Origin: Eledone cirrhosa | Taxonomy: Eukaryota | DNA length: 64,000 nucleotides | Assembly (NCBI GenBank): GCA_964016885.1 | Contig: OZ024740.1 | Span: 84,134,001-84,198,000 of the forward strand | Reading direction: 5' to 3' | Shown: in pieces, positions 13,261 to 26,862 of the stretch | Numbering within the stretch: the stretch's first letter is position 1 | How the letters are laid out: each line of letters begins with the position of its first letter | The notes under the pieces: model-generated | Seen by the model: only the letters and a program-made list of their open reading frames with translations | Databases searched by the model: none | What the model was told of the DNA's origin: nothing | Program-made: the position numbers and the translations under genes

Positions 13261-13978
13261 TTTTTTTTTAATTTCTCTAGAGATTCCTGACTGAGATTGA
13301 ACCGCAGACCAGCCGCTCTGCTGTCTCAACACCTACCGCTACGGCTACAGATACATTTGAATAAATAATGAATGAATATTACATAATTTTTCTACTAAAT
13401 TTTGGAAACAAAAATAATTTCGTACTTGACTCCGATATGTTTTCCTGTTTTACATTTTGGACCTCTAATCTAATTCGCTTTTCCTTGGCGTCTGTGGTGG
13501 GGAGATGCCGCTAACCATGGAATAGTTATTGTGGGTGGAACATAGATCATATTGATCTTCACCAGCATTTGCCTACATAAGCATGGCACCTGATTTAATT
13601 CGTCGCTTTACTGTGGATGTATGGAGTGTGATCTCTCTTTCCGTGGTGTTGCAAACGGAATGACCATGTGACTCAAATCTTTTGGGCAATGTAGATTCTG
13701 TTTCTCCACACTCAACCAGGGCATTTTAGATTTATGAATCGGTTCGGTAGCCCGCCTCAATAGGCGTGACCTCATTCCACTGAAAGATAAGTCACTGTAA
13801 AATGAAGCGCGTTTTCAATCACGGCGGAAGGAGGTCCAGGTTTATATATCCATGCCTGTTACAATTTTGCTCTTGTTGTTGTTACAATAAATGTTTCTTA
13901 GATCAAATGAAAAACCAATTTAATGGAGCCAGCTCATAGACGTGTATAGCAAAGCAATGACAATACTACTACTACTAC

Positions 13979-14010
<32 letters not shown>

Positions 14011-14014
<4 letters not shown>

Positions 14015-14968
14015 AAATACGTGACTGATAGTAAGGAGCCAATGCTCAGAACTGTACTGAAGGAGGGGACAATAGGCCAGGGGATGTCCAAGGAGAAAAT
14101 AACATCAAGGAGAAAGAGCAGCCTTCAGGAAAAATCCCTTCATAGTACCTTCTTTGAGAAAACTGAATTTAGAAATCCACAGACATGGAACTGGTTGAAA
14201 AGAGGAGACCTTAAAAAGGCTGCAGAAGGAATGTTAATGGCTGCGCAGGAGCAGGCCCTCAAAACGAAGTGGTTGAAACACCATATTTACAAGGAGGCGG
14301 CTAGCCCACTGTGCAGGATCTGTGGAGAGAGAGAGGAGACTGTGGCTCACATTGTATCCGAGTGTAAACACCTAGCCCAGACTCACTATAAGGGCTGGAG
14401 ACATGATATGATGGGCAGGGTGATCCACTGGCACCTATGCAAAGTAAACAATTTACCACATTCTGAGAAGTGGTATGAGCATAAGCCAGAGGCGGTGATA
14501 GAAAACGATGAGGTGAATGTGCTGTGGGATTTTAGGATACAGGCGGAGAAGAAACTGGAACACAATAGACCTAACCTGGTGGTTTTGGACAAAGAAAAAA
14601 GATCGTGAAAGATCGTGCCTGATTGTGGATGTGGCCTGCCCATTCGACACGAGAATGCTAGAGAAGGAGAGGGAGAAAATTAACCGATACCAGGACTTAA
14701 AGTGGGAGGTAAAGAGGATTTGGAACTGCCATGAAGTCAAAGTGATCCCGATTGTCATAGGCGCACTAGGGACTATCTCAAAAAATTTCCAGGGATGGTT
14801 AAAGAAAATTGGCCCCTTCACGCTTTTTGGAACGCTCCAAAAGGCATGCTTGCTGGGAACAACAAGAACCCTCCGATACGTCCTGAATATCTGAGGCTGC
14901 AGGTAGTGGCTTGATATTCATTTCAACAAACTTTGCAGTTAACTAACATCAATGACTGAGACTCAAAA
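14011..14968 (+). mobile_element. 5'-truncated R4/Dong-type LINE copy between (AAT)n tracts
   Basis: Highly similar to 30451-31400 (CCHC, RLE, identical C-terminus LRYVLNI and similar 3' UTR). Frameshifted by a 10-bp duplication AAAGATCGTG at 14598-14617. Confidence 0.92.
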
Positions 14969-14989
14969 AATAATAATAATAATAATAAT

Positions 14990-17845
14990 GTTTTCTTTAT
15001 TAACCACAAGGGTTTACATAAAGTAGACATTAAGAACAGTACAGGACAATACAGGATGGTACAAATGGGCATTTCTGCGTGTAATAAAACAGAGGATGTA
15101 ATAATATAACAAAGAAAAATTCCCCAATAGGGGGGAGACTTCCGAGGGACATTTGTGGAGAAAGCCCATTAAAAGACCACAGTGACCCTGACCACCAGGG
15201 CAAGTGCCCTCTCCCAGTTTTCCACCTTTAATTTACAGATACATACTCAGAGTAGGCCCATTCACTCGGGCCATTCTTGCTTCTCTCACCCATCTTTCAA
15301 CAAAATGCTGGGAAGAGAGCACTTCCCTCTATACTCTGATTTTCCTTTTCAAATGAAATTTGAAAAAGTCAATCAGGGCATCACCGAAGAGGTAAGTGTT
15401 CGTCTTCAGCCCTTTCAAACGTGTCCACCATACTATCTCTTTCGCCATGGCCACCAGACAGATAAAAACTGCCTGCCCTTCCCGGCTAAAGGAAGAGGGC
15501 GGGGCAATCCTCACGATGGACTCAGATGATAGCCGGATCCGTCCTACACGCGACAGCAGGTGTTCGACATAAACCCACAAGTCAGCAATTTTCGGACTCT
15601 GGACGAGTGCGTGCAGGACGGTTTCGTCGCCCTGCGCGCATCTCGGACATGCCCGGCTGACGGCATCTCCGTGCCTGTAGAGTTTATCTCGAACTGGAAA
15701 GGCTCCTCGGTAGCACTGCCAGGCCAGAGATTTCTGGAAGTTGTCCATAGGCTCCGGCCCGAAAGTTTTTCCGAAGAGATTGGGTAGTTGATTTTCGTCG
15801 ACGCCTGGAGTTTTCCCAAGTACGTCGTCGCTCTTCCCCTCCACTAATCATCTATAGAACGCCGAGGTGAATTTTCCACCGATCACATTGCCGATTGCTC
15901 GAGGGCTGTGAGCGCCTGAAGACATTCCAGTCTCCAGGCGCTCCCTCTCGGTCTTCGCTTGACCCAGGACTGCAGCTCGGTCAAGGAAACGAGCTGGGGA
16001 AATACGTGTCTAGCAAAGCGCGACCACACCTGATCACCGTCGAGGAAGAGGTGGAGATGTCGTAGCCTGAGCGCGTGTCTGTGCATCATCATCCACGACA
16101 TGCCCAGCCCTCCACGTAGCGGGTGTTGACAACAGATGGACCGCCTGACCATCGGAGCGCGTCCCTTCCACAAAAAGCGAAAGAGCAGTCAGGCGGGGCT
16201 TAGGACAAGGTACGACGGTCAGGCGGTAGCAGATGACAGACGCGATATACGCATTAGACACCTCCGCTCGACCTTTCAGGGATAGCTTCCTCTCCGCCCA
16301 TTTCTGGGTGAGAGAAGCCACCCTGCTCGTCACCTCGTCCCAGTTTTTGTCCGTCTGGAGGTCCGGACCGAACGAGACCCCTAGCAATTTAACCGGTCCG
16401 TCCGTCCAGCGTCCGACGACTCTGTTGGACGGCATGGACCTGCCTCTCCAGGTGCCGAGCTGCAGGCCCACTGACTTTTCCTGGTTGATCATTGCTCCTG
16501 TCACCGCTTCGTATTCTCTTAGTGTAGTGCCGATCGCCTCGATGTGTTTGACGTTCGACACCACTACGGTGACATCGTGCGCATATGCTGACACGGATCT
16601 TCCGCATCCTAGTTCGCGCGGGACGCCCCTCAACGTCTCCAGTTTGTGCAGTAATGGCTCGAGAGTCAATACGTACAAGAGGGACGAGAGGAGACATCCT
16701 TGGCGGACCGAGCGCATGATGTTGAACGGTTCCGAAAGGTGGCCGTTCACTCTCACCACAGAGAAGATGTCGGGCCCAAAGCCAGCCGCCCTCAGGACTG
16801 CCGCTAGGTAACGATGGTCGACCCTATCGAAAGCTTTCGACTGATCTAAATTGATCAAAGACCCACCCGTGCCAGGTTCCCTAGCTGCCCTCTCTACGAT
16901 GTATCGCATGAGGTGGCGGTTGTCGTGCATGGATCTGTCGGAAATGGCGCATGTCTGCGCCTCTCCCACCAGACCACCAACGACAAGCGCCAACCTCTTT
17001 GCTAGCACCTTGGCCAAAATCTTGAACTCTGTGTTTAGCAGAGTTATGGGCCTGAAATTATCTATGTTATCCCCCTTGTTCGGATCCTTTCTCAGCAGTG
17101 CCACCGCTCCTCGGCTCACAGAGCTGGGAATTCTCCCGTTCTGTTGCCAGTTGCAGTAGACGTCTGCCAAGAGGCCTCCGAACAAGTCTGGCATCTGTAC
17201 GTAAAGTTTATATGGCAGACCATCCAAACCAGGCGATTTACCCCTTGTGCAGCCAGTCATTGGCTCCCTTACTTCAGCGGCTGTTATCGGCTTTTCGCAA
17301 CACTCCGCCGCAGTGGCCGAGAGCCGCGGCAGTCAGGGCCTACTGAACGGCTTTCGTCCCCTCGTGTCTGAGAGCACGCACCCTAGCTTTGTCATAGCAG
17401 CCTTCGTGCTTTGCATTGAAGAATTGGTCAAGGGCCAATTTCGCCGCAAGCACGCCGGTCGCGATGCCTTTGCTAAGCGCCTCGTCTAATTTTCTAACTA
17501 GTACTCCCTCTGCTCTATTTTTCTCTATTGCTAAAGCCTTACTAAACCTAATGGATTCTATTCTAATCGCTCTTTTCAGAGCAAACCACCACTTGTTGTT
17601 GACGATGGCCCCGTCAACGCCCGCTTAACTAGTTCGCTAATCCGGTCTCTCTAGGCCTTGCGCGCTGGTAAGGACGCGTTTAGCGTCCAGTAGCCGGCTC
17701 CTCGTCTATGAAGCCTATCTAAGTCAAGCACACAGATCACGAATTTGTGGTCCGTGTAGCTTACTATCTTGAATTGTGGACAGCCTATGCTAGACCTATC
17801 TATTTCCCTACAAAATACTCTATCTAGATATGATCTGGATGACCC
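14990..17845 (-). mobile_element. L1/Tx1-clade LINE, 3' part (end of APE, RT, C-terminal zinc finger, 3' UTR)
   Basis: Minus-strand ORFs carry YLDRVF/TDHK (APE), PGLDGLP, FRPITLLN, LDQSKAFDRV, SVRQGC, YAHD (YADD mutated) and CPRC..DETVLH. The 3' end has AATAAA immediately before (ATT)n at 14990. Confidence 0.9.
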
Positions 17846-18273
17846 TGTAGTAACTATGGCGACAGTGTGTTGACTATAGAAACGCAATGTCGCCACCTGT
17901 GGGTAACACAAAAAAATAGCGAATTACTTCCCTTATCTCGGCGTTCTCTAAAAGAAGAGACGCCAATGTAAAACTCAAGAGATTTGGTTTTTGATTCCAG
18001 TCGCCTTTGTCCTGCCACGTGGACGTACTTTGTGAAAACGCCTATTTTTGACCAAGAGATTTTCATATCTCTTCTTGAATGTAAGAATTAATCCATTGCC
18101 GTTTAGCTTGCAGGGTATGTCCTGTGAATGTAATTATTATGTTGTGTTTTATTAAATGTATCATTTAATAAAAAGATTAGCCTTGTTATCGTAAAGCCCT
18201 TCTGTTTTAATTAATAATCTTAGAGAGATGAGATATCGTTCATACACCTGGACGATATATCGTTCTTTCTTTA
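17846..18273 (+). repeat. 5' LTR
   Basis: Direct repeat of 23356-23784. Starts TGTAG, ends TTTA. Confidence 0.95.
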
Positions 18274-18274
18274 T

Positions 18275-18287
18275 TGGTGAACCCGAC
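18275..18287 (+). promoter_or_regulatory. Primer-binding site, tRNA-Trp-like
   Basis: TGGTGAACCCGAC lies one base after the LTR and differs by one mismatch from TGGTGACCCCGAC, the complement of the tRNA-Trp 3' end. Confidence 0.75.
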
Positions 18288-18949
18288 TAAGAACAACTTT
18301 TAAAATTCTTCTGTATTTAAAATTCTTCTGTATTGCTAAATTGTATCTCCTTCTGACCTGCCTTGCAAGCATAGTTAGATAAAAAGAAAAAAAAATTATC
18401 ACAACTCTTCCAGCGTTTTATCAACAATGATATTTATTTTATGTACAAAGTGTGCGACGCTGCACGTATATATATGGAATTCAGGCCCGTTGTTGTTTGG
18501 TATCTTGTCTTGAACAATATTGTTCCTCTTGCATCAAATTCTCTCTTTAAAAGAGAAAAAAATTTAAAAAAAAGGATTTCTCTGGATATAAAATTTTGCT
18601 TTCAACCTTCTGTTAAAATTACAAATGGAGACTCAAAAATTTTGTTTTCCCGCGTACAGCTTGTCTTCTTCAATCCCAGCCATCTGATTGGCTGCATCGT
18701 GCCGCATGACGGCTTCTTCATCACAAACACATTTTTCAATCAGCCATCTTGGGATTTTCTTACCAAATAATTTAATGGAAAATAATTTTTTTTATTATTC
18801 AAATTTTATTTTGGCTGGCGAGAATTTTCAGAAGGAATTTCAGTTGAATTCGCGTGAATAAGATTTTGGATTGCAGTGTCACTTTTTGGTCGCATAGCTG
18901 CTTCGAAGAAATAATTTGGCCTTAAAAATTCATCAAATCTTTGGGCATC

Positions 18950-20150
18950 ATGAATTCACATCATTTGCCGATATTTGCGGGCGATATTAAACTATGGTTT
19001 TCGCAGCTCGAGTTCTATTTCGATTTGACCCACACCAAAGAACAGCATAAATTGAAGGTGCTTATTAATGGCCTGCCTGTTTCTTTGGCATATTCCGTAA
19101 AGGATGTTGTAACGAATTTAGCTGAAGACGTAACCTATGGCTCATTAAAACTAGAAATTCTTCGTAGGAATACTAAGTCTGTGGAGAGCCGTTTTCGGGA
19201 ATTATTGGAGGATGCACAGATGGGTGACAGAACGCCAACCTCCTAACCTCCTATTTGCGGCATCTACGTGAGCTGAGCGACTCCCAAGGAATTGATACAT
19301 CCTTCATTAAACAGTTGTTTTTCTCTCGTTTGCCGCCGAGTGTACAGATGGTTCTAGTGAATACTTTGGAGAGCGATTCTTTGGATCAGATCGCTGCATC
19401 TGCCGATAAAATCCTAGAATTGGATTTAAAGAGCAGCCTGCATAATCCTTGTGTTGCTTCTTCTTCCGTTCCCCTGCACAAATCGTCTTCAGCCAAGGAA
19501 AAACTGCTGGAAGCAATCCAAGCGCTGACCAGGAAAGTGGATGTTTTGACTGTCAAAAACAGAGAGCCATCCCAACGTCTGAGGTATCGTTCGCCCCCGT
19601 CTGCTCTTCCTCGCCGCCACTACACTACAGGTAGTAGTAATCCTCAACTTTGTTGATATCATGCAAACTTTGGTAAACGGGTGCAGCGCTGTCGGGCGCC
19701 TTGTAACTATAGGAGTTCAGAAAACGCCAATCAGAGCCACTAGGAGCGGCTAGTGAACTCTGGGAAACTCGACCAAACCGTCATATTTTTGTGTACGACC
19801 TGCAGTCAACAAAATTTTTCTTGTCGACACTGGAGCATCACTAAGTATTTGGCCAGTTAGTTATCTTGATAATACTCCGCCTGAGTCCACTATCAATTTG
19901 CAAGCAGTCAACCATACGGGAATTCGAATTATGGACAAATTTCGCTTCCTCTTAAGTTTACAAATCTTTGCCATGATTTTAGGTGGAAATTTACTATCGC
20001 CGACTTACCATATGCTATCTTGGGAGCGGATTTCCTCCACCATTTTTCCTTGTCGATTGACATCCGCAGACAACGACTTTTTATGCTAATACATGCCTAT
20101 CGTTCGAGGGTACAAAGCCCGAGATCGCCACAGTAAGCCCTGCTTTTTTC
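18950..20150 (+). pseudogene. Gypsy gag and protease, disrupted
   Basis: P.F...IKLWFSQLEFYF gag start, MGDRTP, QLFFSRLP, CHCC knuckle at ~19650-19710 and protease FLVDTGAS at ~19815. Several stops and frameshifts. Confidence 0.85.
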
Positions 20151-22892
20151 TTGGCTGAAGTGGGAAACCAATATCACAGTTTGTTAAAATCATTCCCACA
20201 GCTGACGCAAGGAAGATTACGAATTGCTAGTCCGGATCATGTGATTGAACACTTTATATCCACTACAGATCCACCTGTTTTCTCACGTCCTCGAAGATTA
20301 TCTGCAGAGAAGTTGAAAGCTGCACGGTCTGAATTCGACCACATGCTGGAATTAGGAATAATTCGGCGTTCCACAAGTCCTTGGGGATCGCGACTACATA
20401 TGGTACTTAAATCTTCTGGTGATTGTAGACCGACGGGTGACTACCGACGCTTAAACGCGAGTACTGTGTCTGACCGTTATCCACTCCCGCATTTGGAGGA
20501 TTTCGCTTCTTCATTACAAGGTTGCACAATTTTTTCTAAGCTCGATTTGATTCGTGCTTATAATCAGATTCCGGTTAAAAAGGAGGATATTCCGAAGACT
20601 GCTATTGCCACTCCTTTTGGATCTTTTGAGTTCCTTACTATGCCTTTCGGGCTAAGAAATGCGGCTAGTACCTTCCAACGATTTATGGATGATGTTACTC
20701 GGGGCCTGGATTTTGTGTACACGTATATCGATGATGTGTTGATTGCTAGTTCTTCTCCTGAGCAGCATTCAAAGCATCTGGATCTCGTATTTCGTCGTTT
20801 ACAGAGATATAATGTTCGTATTAATGCTTCCAAGTATGTTTTCGGCTCGACTTCACTAACATTTTTAGGCCATCTGATTGACACCGATGGTATTCGACCT
20901 CTTCCTGAGAAGGTTAAGGCAGTATCGGATTTGCCTCCGCCAAGTTCACTGCGACAATTACGTCAATTCTTAGGCCTTGTAAATTTTTATAGGCGATTCG
21001 TGCTTAATTGTTCCAACTTGCTGTTCTCGTTGACAGAAATTTTTAAAAATTGCTGGCGTAAGAATGGGGACATTTCCTTAAATAAAACGCAGCTTGAGGA
21101 TTTTTTAAAAGTGAAAAAGGCGTTAGCGAGCGTGTCTTTGCTCGCCCACCCAGTACCCAACGCCGAGCTATCGCTCTGTGTTGATGCGTCGGATACCGCC
21201 GTGGGCGCAGTCTTGCAACAGAAGTGCGATTGTTTACAACAACCACTGGAATTTTTTTCGAGAAAGCTAAAGCCTGCCAAAAATCGTTATAGTACTTTCG
21301 GGCGTGAGCTTTTAGCAATTTATTTATCTGTGAAACATTTCTCCCATGTTCTGGACGGGAGAGCATTCACTATTTTCACAGATCACAAACCGTTGATTTT
21401 CGCTTTAAGATCAAAATCTGACAAATATTCGCCTAGGGAAACTAGACATCTGGATTTTGTTTCCCAATACACCAATGATATTCAACATATTCCGGGTGCT
21501 TTGAACACTGCAGCAGAGGCCTTGTCTCGCCTCCTGATAGCTTCGATCTCGTCGTCTAACGATATAGATTTGCGTCAAATGGCCATTGACCAACCCTCGC
21601 TTGAATCATTGGATTGCACATCACCGGAGTTCATTAACTGCAATATGAAATACCTTCCTTTATCAACCGCTGACGGACAGATACTTTGTGATATCTCGTT
21701 GGACTCACCACGACCTCTCGTCACAGTTGGTCATCGACGAACTGTATTTCTCGCTTTGCATGGCATTTCTCACCCAGGAGCTACAGCCTCGGTAAAACTC
21801 ATAACAGCCAGATTTTTCTGGCCTGATATGAGACGTGACATTGCTGCTTGGTGCCGTTCCTGTGTCGCTTGCCAAAAGTCAAAAGTTCATAAGCACGTTA
21901 AAACTCCTCTCGGAACTTTCACCTGTCCTGATGCCAGATTTCGTCACATTCATGTGGACATCGTCGGCCCGTGGCCGATTAGTCGTGGTTATTCGTATAT
22001 TTTGACGATCGTTGACCGTTTTTTGCGTTGGCCTGAAGCCATCCCTATGACAGATATCACTGCTGAAACGACAGCGCGTACTCTCGTATATGCATGGATC
22101 GCTCGTTTTGGAGTACCAACCACAATAACAACAGACCGCGGTCGTCAATTTGAATCAAACCTCTTCCGTGAATTAACACAAATTATTGGCGCTACTCGCA
22201 TAAGAACCACGGCATATCATCCAGCATCAAACGGAATGGTGGAAAGATTTCACAGACAGCTTAAAGCCTCTTTAAGGGCTTCAATGGACTCTTCACGTTG
22301 GAGTGAGTACCTACCTATTGTGTTGTTAGGTATTCGGTCGACAATAAAGGTGGACCTTGGGTTCTCCCCGGCCGAATTGATTTATGGTACTCCTCTTGCG
22401 TTACCGGGGCAAATGCTTGCTCCTGTTGATCTTGCTTCGCAGGATCCCGCTTCCTACGTGTCCCGGCTTCATTCTTACTTCCAGGATTTACCACCGATGG
22501 ACACTAGGAAGCAAACTGTAAAAACTGCCGTCCCAAGGGATATTGCCTTGTGGACACATGTGTTCGTTAGAGACGACGCTGTGAGACCCCCTCTCACACG
22601 GCCGTACTCTGGACCCTATCGTGTGCTTGCTCGTACAGAGAAACATTTCACAGTGGACATTAGGGGGTCCAGGGAAACTATTTCCGTTGATCGCCTCAAA
22701 CGAGCCAATCTGGACACTGACACAGTGACACTTGAACCACAAATGCCCCCTTCTTTTTCTTCGCCACATACGCTTGTTCCCCCCCCCCCACCACCACCAC
22801 CACCACCACCACCACCAACATACAGAAATACGACCCGTTCAGGTCGAAGGGTGCATTGGCCCCGTAAGCTATGCAGTACTATAAACTTCTGA
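20151..22892 (+). CDS. pol: Gypsy Pol (RT, RNase H, integrase), open 913 aa
   Basis: [22 protein letters not shown]; RNase H DAS..VGAVL, ELLAIY, TDHKPL; integrase H-x3-H..C-x2-C, HVD, TDRG, NGMVERF. Confidence 0.93.
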   Translation: MAEVGNQYHSLLKSFPQLTQGRLRIASPDHVIEHFISTTDPPVFSRPRRLSAEKLKAARSEFDHMLELGIIRRSTSPWGSRLHMVLKSSGDCRPTGDYRRLNASTVSDRYPLPHLEDFASSLQGCTIFSKLDLIRAYNQIPVKKEDIPKTAIATPFGSFEFLTMPFGLRNAASTFQRFMDDVTRGLDFVYTYIDDVLIASSSPEQHSKHLDLVFRRLQRYNVRINASKYVFGSTSLTFLGHLIDTDGIRPLPEKVKAVSDLPPPSSLRQLRQFLGLVNFYRRFVLNCSNLLFSLTEIFKNCWRKNGDISLNKTQLEDFLKVKKALASVSLLAHPVPNAELSLCVDASDTAVGAVLQQKCDCLQQPLEFFSRKLKPAKNRYSTFGRELLAIYLSVKHFSHVLDGRAFTIFTDHKPLIFALRSKSDKYSPRETRHLDFVSQYTNDIQHIPGALNTAAEALSRLLIASISSSNDIDLRQMAIDQPSLESLDCTSPEFINCNMKYLPLSTADGQILCDISLDSPRPLVTVGHRRTVFLALHGISHPGATASVKLITARFFWPDMRRDIAAWCRSCVACQKSKVHKHVKTPLGTFTCPDARFRHIHVDIVGPWPISRGYSYILTIVDRFLRWPEAIPMTDITAETTARTLVYAWIARFGVPTTITTDRGRQFESNLFRELTQIIGATRIRTTAYHPASNGMVERFHRQLKASLRASMDSSRWSEYLPIVLLGIRSTIKVDLGFSPAELIYGTPLALPGQMLAPVDLASQDPASYVSRLHSYFQDLPPMDTRKQTVKTAVPRDIALWTHVFVRDDAVRPPLTRPYSGPYRVLARTEKHFTVDIRGSRETISVDRLKRANLDTDTVTLEPQMPPSFSSPHTLVPPPPPPPPPPPPPTYRNTTRSGRRVHWPRKLCSTINF

Positions 22893-23355
22893 ATTGTATT
22901 CTTTTTTCTTGCAGTTATTTTTACTGTATATTGAATTTGTTGTTGCATTTTGTACCCTCACTGCCTATGATATTTTTAAGGCATATTATAATTGTTCATT
23001 ACATTTTGTAACCTTACTGCCTATGGCATTATCAATGCCTATCATTTTTTTTTTATCGCATTTGGGACCTTTACTGCGAATGGTATTTTTAATGCATTTT
23101 GCATTTATTGCTGCATGTGTATAATTATTGCATTTGTTGTATATTTTTTGTGTAATGCTTGCATGCATTAACCTATTCCACCTCTATATTGTTCGTTTTG
23201 AAACCGGTTTCAACAACTTGTAAAGAGTACCTTGTAAGGCTTTGGCTTCATTGTTATATATTACAGGAATTTTTCTTGCACCAATCAACAACTTCTGGTT
23301 CCTCCATGCTATCGTTTGTTTTACGATTTTCTTTAAAAATCTGGTTGGAGGTGAT

Positions 23356-23784
23356 TGTAGTAATTATGGCGACAGTGTGTTGACTATAGCAACGCAGTGT
23401 CGCCACCTGTGGGTAACACAAAAAAAATAGCGAATTACTTCCCTTATCTCGGCGATCTCTAAAAGAAGAGACGCCAATGTAAAACTCAAGAGATTTGGTT
23501 TTTTATTCCAGTCACCTTTGTCCTGCCACGTGGACGTACTTTGTGAAAACGCCTGTTTTTGACCAAGAGATTTTCATATCTCTTCTTGAATGTAAGAATT
23601 AAGCCATTGCCGTTTAGCTTGCAGGGTATGTCCTGTGAATGTAATTATTATGTTGTATTTTATTAAATGTATCATTTAATAAAAAGATTAGCCTTGTTAT
23701 CGTAAAGCCCTTCTGTTTTAATTAATAATCTTAGAGAGATGAGATATTGTTCATACACCTGGACGATATATCGTTCTTTCTTTA
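23356..23784 (+). repeat. 3' LTR
   Basis: Direct repeat of 17846-18273, roughly ten substitutions counted by eye. Preceded by a degenerate purine tract TGGTTGGAGGTGA. Confidence 0.95.
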
Positions 23785-26767
23785 ACCCTATGCGATTTGT
23801 CCAAGTCCACATTGGCACATTCGGGAAATCCAATCGGTACCTGTCAGACAGTTCAAAACACCTGAGCAGGTTGGTGAGGCTTTTGCACCCTCCACTCCTA
23901 TCCGCTAATCCCACACAGTCCCAGCGTGCATCTAAGATCCCGTTCCAGTCGCCCACTAACACTAAAGAGCGGGACGTTCCAAGAAAGGTCTCCAGACGCC
24001 GGAAGAAATCAGGCCGCCCTGCTCCTGTCGGGGCATAGACGGCCACTAGCCTGAAAGCTTGCCCGTCTCCGCTGGTCACGTCCAGCACCACCAACTTACC
24101 CTCTGGGTCCAGGAAGATGGCCCGTATGGCGAGATCCAAACCTCTACGAAAAAGCACAGCAACTCCTCCCCCCGATCCAGGACGGATGGGAGATGCGTAA
24201 GCATCGTAGCCGCCGAAGATCGGTGCGAAGGCCCGTGCTTCGGAGATTCTGGTCTCGCTAATGGCCACTACATCTATGTTTAGTGACCTGACGTCGTTGA
24301 GCAGGTGGCCCTGCTTCCATGACGACCCCAAACCACGCGCATTTATGCTGCCTATTCTGAGTGAGGTCATGTTTAAAATGGAGTGTAAAAGATGGGAAAG
24401 ACCACTTACCGTACTTTTCGTAGAGGAAGGATGGTTTCTCCATCCCTTTTCACTTGATCGTCTGGTGAAGGGACCGTTGAATCATCCCTTCGGCTGGTCG
24501 GCGGCTCTTCTATGAGTATGTCCGAATATACTCTCCGGTTGATGGTCCCTCCTAGGTCTCTGAAATCACCAACTGCGTTGGGGAATTTCGTTTTAATGTT
24601 TGTGTATTGTTTCTGTGTAATTCCTACCAGTCTTATGTTCGTTGATGGTTTGATTGGTGCTGGTATTATGTAGTTGTGCTGTGAAATGTCTGTGTGTTCA
24701 ATTATGTAAGTTATTAGTTTCTTGTTGTGTGTATTTATTGCCGTGCATTTGTTTTTCTGGGGGTGAGGTATGGTTCTGCTATTTTCTTGTCGTTGTTGCT
24801 GGGTGTGTGTGTTTTGTTGTTGTATTTGCGACGTTGGTGCTAGTGGTGGTGGTGTTGAAGGTGTTGTTGTTGTTGGCGGTGGGGTTGTCGCCGGTGGTGA
24901 TGGTGGTGCTAGTGTGGGTGGTGATTGTGTTGGTGGTGTTGCTGCTGTGAGTCTCTTTGCAGTAGCCTTTACCCTTTTTTCATTTCTTTCCTCCCTTTTC
25001 GAAGGCGACGATGCGCTTCTTCTGCGTGTGTGCCTTCTTGCGACCTTTTGCCATCCCTCTCCCACCTCACACTCCATGTCTGATTCTGTGAGGTCGGGGA
25101 GGGGTACCAGCTCCACTCTTTCACTTGTTGTTTTTGGTGATGTTTGCAGTGGAGTCTCTCTTGGAGCTGCTGTTGGTATTACTGTTGTTGTTGTTAATAC
25201 TTCCACTGCTGCTGCTGTTCTTGATTTCTGTGGCGTGTGTATGGGTGCCACGGACCTATCGTTCCTGGTTGCCGCTTGTCCTGTTGCTGGTAGCAGTGGA
25301 GCCGGTTTCGGAAGGAGGGGGGTTTTCTCCTTTCTCAGGGTCTTCTCGTTGCAGAAAGCCCTGAGGTGAGTCTTCGATCCACAGCGAAAGGTTTCGGGCG
25401 TTTGCCCTCAACACTTATGGGCAGTTGAGTGCCGTTATCGAAGTCTATCACATCCGGGATAGCTTCGATGCACTCCTGGTTGGTTTGGATTAACATCTCA
25501 ATGGAGGTGCCGAACCAATCTTCTCTTACTCTTTTCTGTACTTGCAGTACAGTTGTTTTGTCCTCGATTCCGACGAGGACAGACGCGGCCAGCCAAGAAG
25601 GGGCCATCCCGGGGGGGGGCGGGCACGTGGGTCAGTTTTACCCTCACAATTTTATGCCCGCAGTAGGAGGGCACCAACACCATTTCCTCGCTCTTTAGGG
25701 TCACTAATGATTAAGCCTTTGCCTCCTGGGGTGTGGCAAAAAGCAGGTCTACGGTGGCATATTTCTTGCCTCGGGTGATATGCGTTTTCCGCTGCCACAC
25801 AAACCCTAAGGCTTTTTGTATTTGAGCCTCTGTGGCTCTTTCAACCCTACGAGATTTTTTGCTTACTGTACGGTACGTGACCGTACAGTGCAGTTGGATT
25901 TCGAAAGATTTTTCGGCTGCCTTGCAGATTGCTCGGTGTCCGGTTTTCGTCCCCATCTTCTTCGCTTCCTGTAATTGCTCATTTGTTATGAGGTTGGTTT
26001 CCAGGTTATTTGCGATACCTGCAAACTAGATTGGTTTTTCTTTGCTGCTGTTGTTGTTGTTGTTGTTGTCGTCAGAGATGCTGTTACTTTTGTTGTTGCT
26101 GCAGGTACTACGACTACTGCTGCCGCCGCTGTTGTTGTGGCTGTTGTTGTTGTTGCTGCTGCTGCTATTGTTGTTGCTGTTGCTGTTAATGCTGTTGTTG
26201 TTTATGCTGCTGCTGATGCTGTTTCGGCTGCTACTGTTGTTTTCCTTGTCACTGTTGTTGCTGCTACTGTTATTACGACTGCTACTGCTATTATTCATGA
26301 CGTCAGACGAATGAAATGGGTTTTCGTATTTACCGCACACCTTTTTCGTCATTGTCGTCGTCGTGGAGAAATGTTCCATGCTTTGCACGTGATTTTTCTT
26401 TACTGGCGTCCCTTGCGAAAGAGAAGGGAGGGAGAGAGACACATTTAGAGAAGGGAGGGAGAGAGACAATCTTCTCTCTGCTGTAGTGACGATTGAGGAA
26501 GAAGAAGACGGAATGAGTGGGAGTGACTTGTGAAAATTCTTTTTCGTAGCCATGTTTTTTGGGGTTTAAAATAAATATTGGGCATAAAACCCCAATAAGC
26601 GGTTATTTAACCCCGAAGGGCCAAATAACGGGCAGAAAGACCCCTCTCACGAGGAGGAGAGTGTTTTTGTCTACAGTTTGGTTAAAGTTTTAAACAATGT
26701 ACAATTGTTATAGCGGTCAAAATTTACAATACCTTACAGAGCCGAGCCTCCGTCAACCCTGGCATTC
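23785..26767 (-). mobile_element. L1/Tx1-clade LINE, 5' part (5' UTR, disrupted ORF1, start of ORF2 APE)
   Basis: ORF2 starts at 24370 (MTSLRIGSINARGL..ISET..GGVAVL..VYAP..GDWN). It reads WTWTNRIG at the Gypsy junction and continues SSRSYLDRVF at 17845. ORF1 pieces span 26553-24406 (N/S-rich start, P/T-rich end). Ends against (AAT)n at 26768. Confidence 0.88.

Positions 26768-26862
<95 letters not shown>
26768..26862. repeat. (AAT)n microsatellite
   Basis: Pure AAT run of ~31 units. Confidence 0.98.

Larger units (their letters stand above)
17846..23784 (+). mobile_element. Complete Ty3/Gypsy LTR retrotransposon, CsRn1/Kabuki-like, inserted into the L1/Tx1 endonuclease
   Basis: Two LTRs and a 4-bp TSD ACCC (17842-17845 and 23785-23788). 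PBS TGGTGAACCCGAC, Gag CHCC-type motif C*YHANFGKRVQRCRAPC, and pol domain order PR-RT-RH-IN. Confidence 0.95.

Noticed and set aside
13270-13360. tRNA gene (minus strand, GGTTCAATCTC B-box-like)
   Set aside because: No complete cloverleaf could be built, so a decayed SINE head is more likely. The same applies to the SINE A/B boxes elsewhere.
23672-24370. 232-aa ORF as a standalone endonuclease gene
   Set aside because: It is the L1/Tx1 APE N-terminus running into the antisense Gypsy LTR after 23785. The 17651-17911 ORF is the reciprocal chimera.
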